Assembly: GCF_009834535.1 (NCBI RefSeq)
Contig: NC_045697.1
Location: 25,918,001-25,978,000, forward strand
DNA: 60,000 nucleotides
DNA from: Camelus ferus
Lineage: Eukaryota
Reading direction: 5' to 3'
Position 1 is the stretch's first letter. Every line of letters begins with the position of its first letter. Shown one piece after another: positions 41,401 through 53,667 of the stretch. Under the pieces are notes generated by a model that was given only the letters and a program-made list of their open reading frames with translations, ran no database searches and had not been told where the DNA came from. A program made the position numbers and the translations under genes.

Positions 41401-44400
41401 TCCTGAGCTCACACACTCCTTTATTTCATGACTGAAACTCTTTCCCCAAAAAGAACACAAGAAGTAACTGATAATGAGCCACAGTTTTTAGTGTTACAGC
41501 TACTCCTCTCGATGCTGCATTAATTCCTTTGGGTCAAAACGGAGGAAATACTTTCTTAGGGAATTACTGTCACAGTATTAGTACCTGGGGATCTAGGCAC
41601 CAGGATGAAAGACTTTCCTCATCTCCCTCATATGGAGCGATAGCTCCCACGACTTCTCTAATTAGTAGTGTATATTTCAGGAATGAGGCGCACTTAGGGT
41701 TTGACTAGTAAGAAAGCATTTGTCTCATCCCCTGAGTGCATCTATAAATAGAATATTTGACCCATTTTTATTCTTGACATTGGTACTCTGAATCTACCAC
41801 AATTCCTAGTTATTAAAAGAGGATTAAAGACTGACTTTAAGAAGGTCCAGTGACTATTCATCAAAGGAGGAAAAGTACCCTAGAAAAGCACAGCGCCACC
41901 TGAACACGTAAATCCAACATGATGCGACTGAGGAAAGCAAGAGAAGATCTAGAAAAGTCAACTCAAGACATGAATTAACATATGTTACAAAGAGCACTTC
42001 AGAAACATTCCCACTAGTGCAATCACCCAAGAGCATGCAAAGCAAAAGCAGAGAGGAAATAACTTATAATTTCGAACTCATAATGGGAAGAGTCATGAGA
42101 GAGACTGAATTTTCAGTTTATTCTAGTATTTCTTTTGACTTTAAATGCTTCCTCTGAAACCCACTATTTTTCTCAGTAGCACTTTTATAAACAAAAGCTG
42201 ATTTTATAAAGGACGTTCTGCTATGATTAAAACTGTTTTTTCCATCTATGTTTTGGCAAATTTATATTACCATGCTTTGGCATTTTGCATGTATGCGTCA
42301 GCTGCAGAATTTCACAACTGTTTTACCTCGGCTCTTTTCCCCCATTTCTTTCATTGTGCTTCAAATACGAATTTGAAAATAAACACAACAAATACCTTTA
42401 CTTACAATGAAAGGTTTTCGGGTTTTTTTTAATGTTTTTATTTATTGGAGTCTAACTATTGCTACTCACTTGAGTGTCTTTCCACTTGGTAATAAAGCTA
42501 TTTTCTACGTCCATTTGTTTGACTTGGTCTTCTGTAACCTGTTTAAAATATAATTTGGGACATTCTAATAAAATACAAGGAGTGATGATACTCATCCTCA
42601 CATAACCTTCTTCAGGAATTTAAAGACCAACATGTTGAAACTAAATGAGAATGGCCATGTTAATCAGCACAGGCCCACACGGCATGAGCAGAAATAAAGC
42701 CAACACGATTCAGCCTCAACTTCAGAACCTCTGATGATGATTCCACATCAGACTGCAGGTTCCATCAGTGGAATTCCCTTGGCTGAGGCAATTTAATAAG
42801 CAAAGGGGCTGATGACTAGTTTGTTAGAGTTTACGGAGGTTGAGAGACAAGACTTATTGCTCAAACAGAAATGTTCAGTAAGTGTTTATGAAATTCCCAC
42901 TGTTTGCTTAAAGTTCGATTTAACAAAACTACGTAGATAAACATTATTAACAGTACAAAAAATAGAAAATAAAGAGAGCATGCAAAGCCGCACATTTTTC
43001 CCCTAAGTCTTTCATCTCTCAGCATCAGAACTGTTGCAAAGAAGTTGCTATTGATCAAAAACAGGGGACACATACAGAAAGAAATAAAAAGGAGATACAA
43101 GAGCAAAGGGAATCCAACAATTGTCATGTCCATTCCTATAAAAATTAAGACACAAACTGTGTTATTTTATTAAAATACAGTTTCTTTCCCTTGGCTATGG
43201 AATCTCATGATCAGTTATTAGAAGAATGTAAGAATTCTACAAAAGGCAACCTGTTACATTCACCTATTTGATTTCATCTGGTTGTATATATACATAGCCA
43301 TGGAAAGCGAGAGTTCTCATTCAAGAACATTTAACAGAATGCCTCAAAAGGTTTTAAATGACAAGACTGAGATGGCAGAAGCAGTTAAGCACCTGGAGCT
43401 GACCTTTGACCCAGACCCCCTGTAATCCCCCTATGCAAATCCTGGGCTTATTGTCTCTATTCTCACTTCTTTGAACTAAGAAATCCTCCCTTTCCTAACA
43501 GTTTTCTGATGAAACATGAAAATACTAACTTCATAAAATAGCAAATTGAAGAGTCAAATAATTAGAACAGAGATGACAATAAAAACCACAGAATATTATT
43601 TCAGAATTTCTTTTTTCCCCCAATTCATGCATAATTAAAAGAAAACATCAAATGCTTTCAATTGCAAAACTGATCAGCCTGGCGTTTGTTACCGAATTTG
43701 TGACATTCATAATTTCACACCTCTAAGTACATGTACTTAATGCATACATATATGGAAGAGGAAAAAAAAAACCCATAAAAACACTATAAATAGAAACACT
43801 GTCCAACAAACACCAGATGGTAAAAAAGCTTTAAAAGTAGCCAAATTGAAATAAATGGCTATAGCTTAAAAAGCTAGTTATATCTAAAAACCTAAGGATC
43901 ATACAACTTTTATTTTCTTCAATCTAAAATACATACTTTTGTTTGCAAACAGTAACAACAAAACTATTTTAACAAGGGCAGGATATAAAATATTTACCTC
44001 AAATATTTCAACATAATTGTTAATTAAGTCCTCAATTACATTCACTTCTTCACTAGTTTGTCCCTTAGTTTGAAACAAACAGGAGGAAAAGACCAAGGCC
44101 AAATTATGGGCATCCATGTGATTGATTTCTGAGCATTTCTGAACCCTGTTAGAGACAAGCAGAGCTTATTACAACACATTTTTATTTGAAAATTTCATAG
44201 AAATTATAAGTCTTAATACTCATTTATCCTCTTATTTTTTTTTTTTTTACACACACACACACACATTGAAGGTCTCTGATATGTAAGGTGCAGTGGTGAT
44301 CTAAAGAAAAATACACAGTTCTTTCTTTCAAGTAGCTTATAGTTTGTTAAGAGTATAAGTCAGAGGAGCTATTACTACAAGTCACAGAGCAGTACTTGAT

Positions 44401-47400
44401 TGTCGCTTTAGAGGAAGGAGCCCCCCCATATTCAGACAATTCCAGGTAATGGACAACCTGCAGCTAAAGCAGAAAGGTGTGTTTGTAGAACAGCGTCAAA
44501 TGACTTGGGGACTGAAGCATAAATAAAAGAGGGAGAAGGGCAGTATGTAAGCAGAAAACAAGGCCAGAACGGTGGCTGGGAGGCAGATAGCTGGGAGTTC
44601 TAAATTCAAAGTTCAGGACTAGGTTCAACTTCCCAGAAAGTGCATATCAGGCAAGAAAAAGCCTGGCAGCATGTGTTTAGATGGTTATTCAAAATAGAAT
44701 AATATACAAATCAAAAATGCAAAAAGCAATCACTTAATTTAAAAATACAATTACATTTTTCTTGGATTTCACTAAGAATGGCTTTTTACAGTGAACAGAC
44801 CTGAGTAGTAAAGTACATCAGTAAACTACAACACTTGAGTTTTACAAAGAGCATTTAATGTACTCACAAATTAAGTTCAAGGTGATTGGAAACAAAAACT
44901 ACAGCCATCACCCCAATAAAAGGAAATTTTTACTGATAAAAATGCACGTGGACTCTGAGTAACTCACATGAAAGTATCTGTTAGTGCTATTTGTCCCTGA
45001 CTGTGCATATAGCAGCATATAGTGCATACTGCCTGTCTAATTACATTTGCAAATTTCTTAAATGCATACTGAGAAAGGAAGATCAATTCTATCAAAGGAA
45101 TAAAGCAAGACTAAGGTAGGTACAGCTGGCTATAAAGAGTAAAGAATCAAGTAGGTACAAAAAGAATAAACAAATATGACAGCAATATATATGATAATGT
45201 AAGAAACGCACAGTGAAATGCCAAATTGCATTGCGGAGACAGAGCAAGTGCAATCATCATATATGATTTACAAGATGCAAAAGGAATTGCAAGTTAATAG
45301 AGGAGGATGTCATAATTGTGGGTATCCCTTTTAAAACCACTTCTGTACTTTCATCATACTAGACTGTAAACATCTGGAAAATATATCCGCATGTCTACCT
45401 CTAGAATCTAAGCATTTCACAGCGAGAGACGTGTTAATCACACTGTAGTCTGTAATAAATATCTGATGAATGGAATTAAGTAAATGTTAGTCATGGAGGA
45501 AGTGATCTGTTATCTAGGGCAGGGATGAAAGTAAATGCTAAATCAACCTGACCTTATCCAAATTGACCTCTCCAACTTTTGACGACACTATCAAACATTC
45601 CCACCTCTCTGAGACTTCCTTCTGCAATGGCATTCTCCTCTAATACTCCTCACCTTTCTTCAGTTTCTGCATCAAGTACATACACTATGTATTTTCCATT
45701 TCTTTCTTCATTTCTCTGCCCCTACGTTAGCATCCCTAAGTGCCCCATGTTCCACCAGCTTACTCTCTTCTCACTCAGGACTTCTCATCAGAAACCCAAG
45801 GAAACTGTTTCTTAAACAGTTTCTCTGCCTGTGTTCTAACCTCTTCCTGATGACAGGCATGATTATCCTACAAGAGATTGGATCAGTCACTCCTTATCAC
45901 TGAAAGGAATACAATCCAAATGTTTCTGCATGACCAAAAGCGCCTTCACAACCTCCTGCCAGCCACCTACAAACCACCCCATCTCCAAGCACACCTGTTT
46001 CCTAGAAAATGTCCTTCACTCACGTCTTCTACTTATTTTTCTCTCATGCCCAGTTCATCTAACCCTTTAAATCTGAAGCATCACCTGGACCTCAACACAC
46101 AATGGAGCTCTCAATCCCTCCTCTATAATTCCATGTCTTATGCTAAAATTCTCCATGTTAAAGTCTGTTCTGATGGTGCTGTGTTTTCCTAAGAAATATA
46201 TAAAAGGACCTGCAGCATCCCTGTGAGTTCACACTGTGATGTCCCAGGGTCCTTGGTGCTCTCTGGGAACTGTGGACGTAAGACTATTTTTGTCACGCAT
46301 GTATTATCAACTACTTCTGTTCACACGAAATCTTAATGGACATTATATTGTACAGAGTAGAAGCTAAAAATATATGTTAGTTGAAGAAAAGGATGGGAAG
46401 GAACTCACGTGAAATTCAAACATGAATTAGAAGTTTAAGAATTATGTGTAATTCACTGTTTAAAATATTAACATTCTAAATTGTATCAGCCTGGTGACCT
46501 ATTAAAATCTTTAAAGAAAAAAAAAAAATCTGACCCAATGTCTCATAGGCATAGAGATAGGACTACACAAATTACAGGCTATACTTGTGTGATGCAATAA
46601 GAAAATCAGATTTACAGTAACGGAGCTTGCATGCATAAGTGGTGGCTGGAAAGGAAAGATTAAGAGAAAAGGCAAATTGTGGAGGATTTATATATATCTA
46701 AACTCCAAATAAGGTAAGCTGAGTAGAATTCAGCGTCATAGAAATTTATTCAAAGGAATATTGCATCCATGCAGGAAGCCACAGTATATTCCTTAAGAAT
46801 ATTTACATTGATTTAAGTTTTTGTAATTAATTCTTGCTGATAGCAAAAAAAAACAACAAACCTTTCATTTCCACTTAAAAGGTTATTTTCAAACCTCATC
46901 CTTCAGATGTCCTGCCCTCCTATCCCTTCCCTCTTATCCCTCCCAAATGCAGAGGACTACATGCCCTGATATAGAAAACGTTTTTGTCGTTTAAAATTTC
47001 CTCATCTAATCAACAATCTGACACCAAAACATTAGAGTCAGGTTAGATACAAACTGATAATGAAGAAAGAAGCATGTACTGTGCTCACAGGCAGATTCCT
47101 GCCGTCAAATTCTGGTCCTTGTACTCCTTTCTCCAACTTCCCTCTTAAGTGTCTGAGAAGCTCTTGCTTATGTACCGGACGTGTTTGAGGACGCTGCACA
47201 TGATTATTTCTAATTCATTTAAGACAATCTCCAGTGCCATTTATCTGACATGTATCTTAATTCCAGAAGGAGACACTAAAGTGATAGTTGATGGCAATTC
47301 CATTTTGAAACCATTCTTAAGACAGGGCGAGAGATTCACAGTCACAAGTAGAAGGTTAACCATGGTAATTTAAATTTAAGATAATGATTACTCAGTGTCA

Positions 47401-50400
47401 TGTTTGAAATGTCAAGAAATTTCACGAATCCACCCACCTGTACAGGTGCTCAATTACAGCCGCCAGCGTTGCTTGGTTGACCCCCGGGAGAGTGCGTATA
47501 AATGCTCCGTACTTTTTAATTCTTTCCTTGTCATCTTGGGTGTCTGGAGGTTAAATACACACACACACACACAAAATTTTAGGTTTAGACAAATGATCTC
47601 TATTACAAATGTGCATTATATCAGTATTTTAAAACAACATTCACAATGGTATTTCACTGATGCAGTCAAGCTCGAGGAAAAACCTTCAAACTTCTGTCAT
47701 TCTGGAAAAGCATTTACGTGAACGTTCCACGCCTATACGTTCCAGTTCTCACACTCTGTAATTAAAAATGAAGCACTGTCAAAACCCAGGGTTGTATTTT
47801 GCCTTCAACTTTAGGGACTGCTGAACTTCAACTAAAAGGAATATATTCAATTAATAATACAGTAAAGTACAGATTGGAGAGATACGCCAAAAGATTTTTA
47901 CTGTAGCTATGGAAAGACTTCACTGTTTGGTTATTTGAAAATGACATTTCTGATCTTTTTTCCTTGTGGAATCATAAAAATCTTCCCCAAACTATGAACC
48001 ACCCCAGAGCTATGAACTGTATGTACCCCCAGATCCACGGAAAGGGCCCTTCCCCAGCCCAGGAACCTTCGACTCTTCGGAGAAGGTAAGGGCACAGGGG
48101 AAGAAGGCACGTGCAGGCCCTGGTCACTATGACGCAGACTAAGAGGAGGAAGGACCCTCTGCCTTTGGTGTGGACAGGACTTAGTTAATCACAGAGAGGA
48201 GGACGAGAAGGAAAGACGTTCCTCCACTCTCCAAACCCCAAGAAGTCAAATACTTAGGGAAACTACACAAGACGCCCAGAGTCCTAGACTCTAGAAGATG
48301 TGCAGTGGTGGTTGGGTCTAACCTACTCCCTCACAGGGGAGATAAAGGACCTCTCTTCCATCAATAACTTGCGCTGACTTTGTAAATCAAGTGTATTGCA
48401 CTTGTACAGATCCTTGCGATTCCCAACTACCTCTGGAATAAGGCTTTTTCATTCTCTGCTTTGCCCTACGTATTCTATTCACAGAAGGCCAGCAGCACAC
48501 TAAAGATTCTTTGAAAGTACACGGTCTCTTGTAAAGAGTGTCTGGATCCCTGGGGAGGAAATAAGCTCTGTGACACATTTTTAATGTACACTCCTATTCA
48601 AAACTGCAACTGATGGCTCCTTTGTACTGATTTAGCCCACACGTGAGATCTGTAAAAGTCAACATGGTCATACTGACTTAAATGTGCTTTGCAGATGACT
48701 CTCTAAAAGCCAGAAGGGCAAAACACCCAAATGACATTCAAAGACTATACTGTGGGCAGGGGAGAGGGGATAGCTCAGGCATAGAGTGTGTGCTTAGCAT
48801 GCATGAGGTCCTGGGTTCAATCCCCAGTACCTTCACTAAAATAAATAAATAAATAAATAAATAAATAAAATACATAAATAAATAAATCTAATTACCTCCC
48901 CCCCAAAAAAAACTTTTTTAAAATAATTTAAAAAAACCAAAGACTATACTAGAAGTAAATTAAGAATTACCTATCATCCCTGGTATAATCCAAATATTTT
49001 CCCTCGTGTCATCCAGTTTCTAACTATGGAAGTAACTGCATTATTTAGCAACATGTCATGAATGCTACTACACTCATAACAAGTCATGCCAGTACAGAGC
49101 ATTTTCACAAATCTCACAAGAATAAAATAGATGACATTTTCAAAATAAAGTTTAAGTAACTGGAAAGTAAAACTGAAGATAGATTTCAGGTCATAGAGGA
49201 AATACAATGAGCTATTCAACTAGCCACAGACTTCAGACAATTTAAGAACAGATCATATATCATATAAATACGTGAGATGCTACTGTAACGCATTCTTTGC
49301 CTTGGGCACACAGGACCCAAGAGAGCTCTCCTGTGAGGTCACCCAGAGAGTTCTGGTTTATTCTTGTCAGATCCCACAAAAGGCCCTTTTCTGACAGGTC
49401 AGGGTGAGCTACGTCGGATCTAAAAGCATAGAACTTTTAACACTTTGACCCAATATTCAAATCCTTCTCCAAGTAAATTCTCAAGGATTCACATCCCAAC
49501 GAAAGGTGAAACACATTCCTCTCTGACATACGCTAACATTTCCCAACTGCCTCCCCCGGTAGACTGACAACAGTAAAGACATCTTTGTCATTAAATTTGA
49601 CAACTTCAGTACAAGCATATATTTGTCACAGATTTTTTGATAACTGATTTTATAATAAAGACAAATTTTTAATTCTTTGTAAAATAGAGATACTATAAAT
49701 AACTTTGTGATTATAAATTACAATAAAAACTTCTTCAAACAAAAATGAGGGTGGCAAGGTAACTGGGCTTACAAAGATGTATTTTATCTATTTCCACATT
49801 TTATATTCCAGAAAATTATACAATCAACTTTTCTTGTGATGACAGTTAAACCTATTGATTTGGTAAGTATTAAGAAGCAAATAAAAGACCTCTGAACTAG
49901 GCAGTGAAATTGTGAAAAGCTTTATTTTAATAACAATACTCCCCTTTTTTGCTGACACAGAAAAGGGTCATTCTTGGGATTATTTTTCAAACTGGATATT
50001 TTGTGACATCATCTCAAAATCAAGCCCTTAAAATATACTATGTTTTAGATTAAACAAATACTTTCAATTAAAAAATCAATTTTTCAGCAGAGGAACATCG
50101 TATAGTCAAATTCAAAAGTCATTTTCCAAAAAAAAAAAAAAAATCTCAAAACAGATTAAATGTACAAGAGAAAAATATGTTACTAAATTATGGTATAATT
50201 CAATGATATATTTTAAAAATTGAAAAAAATGAAGATTCAATATCATCATGTTGAAAGCATTGCTGATATTTGGGAAATGTCTTCGGTTTATTAACAAAAC
50301 AAAGATTACACATAAATCATAGGTGTGGGGACAAAGACTATAAAATAATTTGAAAAGTAAAAATACCTCTATTAGAAATCTGGGATTTAAGGCAACGTTT

Positions 50401-53400
50401 CCATTTAAAAGTCTTTACTGTTGTAATGTTTCTATAAAAGGAGTTATTCTGAATTAACTGATGTAAATATAGGTTTTACTGAAATCAATTTGTCTGATTA
50501 ACTGATTTAATAAACTACTTTCCTAGGATCATTTCTTAAATAAGTTCTCTTACAGTGTAGAAGAGTTTCTTTTTCTTTTATTTCATTAGGCAGAATCAAG
50601 AGATAATGAAGAAACGGTAAAGAAAAAAAAAGTTGAGTAACTCTAAAAAGGTAGAATAAATGAAAAAGGAAAGTCAAAGAGCCATATGGGAAAATCATGG
50701 AAAACAAATCTTGTATTAAACTTTTCATTTTAATCTTAATGAGAAATGAAAAACCCATGTGGACTTGACTATACTACTTCCAAAGTTAAGGCAAAGTAAG
50801 CACTACGAAATCTACAGAAAACGTATTACCATAAAACACTGTTAAGCAATTATCACCGTAAATTTCTTTTGAGGCAGATAGAAACAACTATTGATGTTTG
50901 CACAATTTCTGTTCTGAGCCACTAAGTCCGTTGTTCCTTTCAATTAAATGTTCAGATTATCAAAGGAGATTTTAAAAATCTATTATCAAATGAGAAGGCA
51001 AGCCTTTATGCTGTTCTGTAGGATAAACATAATAAACATATGTAAACAGATGTATTACCCAAGGCAGAGATCCAGTAGGGATAGAGCTCCTTGGTGAGAA
51101 GTGCATCGTCAATGTCGGAGAGAAAACTTTTCAACACGCCCGTCACATCCTCCAGCTGATGTTTTCCAGCCCTCAATTTAAAGCTTCTTGCATCCTTTTT
51201 GAAACTCTCGAGGAGTTCACTTATGTGCAAAGGGTCTCCATTCTTCTGATAGATATATTTGCACCCTAAACCTTTGTTTAAAAAAAAAAAAGTTACATGA
51301 AAAAAAGGCTCAAGTCAAAATCCACTTTGATATCTTAAAAATAGAACCAATTTTTGCACTGGGATGATGCACAAGACAGAGTCATTATCCAAGACCTGAT
51401 ATAAACATGTATGAGAGAAAAAAGCTCCCCCCCAACTTTAGCATTTATAATGTAAACCTAATGGACACACTATCCTATCCCCAGCTTTTAGCAAGCCCTT
51501 GCCAGCCCTTCCCCCAGTTCTTGATAGCACAATTTTCAAACGTTCCTTTACCTCAAGTGCTCTGCCTTCACTTAGACTCCCAGAACATAAACTTGCCTCC
51601 AGTTTCACCGACAAAAGTGAGGCTCTCTGGTATAAATTTCCTCAACTCTCTGCACTCAGATTTGTGTATTAATTCTGTCTGTTCCCACCTTCACCTCCTC
51701 CTAGATGAAAAGCTGGGTCATGTCCTTTTCAAAATTATGGATTCATCAAGCTCCCCATACAAAATAAGAGGAGTAGCAGTGGTTAGCTGGAGGAATGATG
51801 ATACAAACCCCCCCCCAAATTTTAAGTCCTCTCTTGGCCCCTCCCAGCTCTCTTATCTCTCTTCGTTCCAAAACTAATCTGAGTTTCCTATGTTTACTCC
51901 TTCCCCCACTTCAAATCCCTGTTAATAATATACTTTAACCACATTATCTGGCGTCAGTGCTCAGTTCCCACTCTACTGGGACCATCTTCATCAAGAATAT
52001 CAACAACACAGCCTACTTTCTAGATGCTTTTCAGTTTTTATGTAATAAGAACCCCTTGCAGGATCTGACACTCTAAATGAATCCCTGTTAAAATTCTGTT
52101 AATCTCAAGGCTTTCATGATATTATGATCTCATCTTTTATCCTCCTCCTCTATGACTACTCTTCCAGTCCTCCATTTATTCTATTATCTAGTATTTATTG
52201 ATGATTCCAGGAATCCATCCTCAGTTCTCTTCTCTTTCCCACTCCTCTACAAAACTCTCTGGATGAACCCATCCATCTTGGTCACTTCAACTACTGCATG
52301 TACATTTCCACTCAGGTTTTAATTTCTAAAATTTCAAACACATACATGTACTATAATACACATATGCTACATACAATACATGCAACACACAAGCAATACT
52401 TATACATATGGACAAATTAACTCCTGCCCTATTTACTACTTCACTTCCCAATCCCAACTGGTCTTTATACACTATTTATATGGTTATTTATACGGTATAT
52501 GTTGTTTCTATGGTATTGCCTTATCCCCAGTCCTTTATAAGTCAGAACCTTTCTTTCTCACTTACTGTATTAAAAAAATACTACACCACATATATTGTTC
52601 ATCACACCTTCTTTATCAAAACTGTCCCCTTTTCCCATCTCATATGCTATGACTATTTTGTGCACCCAAATTCTCACATAAAATATGGATACAGACCTCT
52701 CACTGCCTCGAGGGCAAGTTTTGAGGATCTCAATGTGATACATAAGAGCCTACATAAATTATTCTAACACTCCTGCCTCTTGTATCCATCCACTCTTCTT
52801 ACACTAAGTTCTGGCCACATTTAACCACCCAAAGTTCCCTGAACAGGCAACTTCCTTTATGACTCCACAGCTGGGCACACAGTTTCTTCTTCCCAGAATC
52901 CCTAGTCTCTCCTTCTCCTAACTAGCCCCCGTTTCTTTTGAGACTCATGGTAGGTTCCATGCCTCACCCATGAAGCCCTCCATGACCACCCTGACACTGG
53001 GGGAAATTCATCCCTAAACCATGGACACCTGTATCAACCCCTGAACCTCTCTGCCGTAGAATTATGTACACTTAAGATGTAACTCTTGGCCCATTTGTTT
53101 GTCTTTGACCCACAATCTGTAAACTCCTAGAAGGCAAAGACCATGTCCTATTTTCTGTATACAGCAGCTACACAGTGCCTAGAAGAACCCAATAAGTACT
53201 CAATACATGGCCACAATATAAGAATAAGTAAATTCTACCAAAAAATATGTGACTAAGTTTCTGAGATATTATATTCCTAGTTGAATGAATTTCTAATAGC
53301 TGGTGCATAAGTTAAATGATTGTGAATTTGAATTAAATTTTATTTACATAAATTAAGTTCCCTCAAGAACCAACTTCTGTAACTCATTAAAAAAAAAATG

Positions 53401-53624
53401 AAACTCTTAAGAATTATATGGTAAACTTGACACTATGTGCACAAAAAAAAATGGCCTTTAGATTTTAACCCAAAGATCAGGAAGTTCAAATTGTGACCAT
53501 AAAGGCTCTGAGCCAACCACCTGCATCCTATAATCACTGGGTGTTTTCTAAGTTCGTATCAAGTCTTCCCTTCTACACATGCTGGTAAATTGGGGTTTTC
53601 CTCCAGGTTTTGCTCATTAAAAAG

Positions 53625-53667
<43 letters not shown>

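Noticed and set aside
48759..48836. Possible tRNA-Ala gene
   Set aside because: Degenerate stems, a (TAAA)n and A-rich tail, and a flanking TSD show it is a SINE
51407..51877. 156-aa plus-strand ORF
   Set aside because: No recognisable domain, antisense intronic, runs into degenerate L2; consistent with chance
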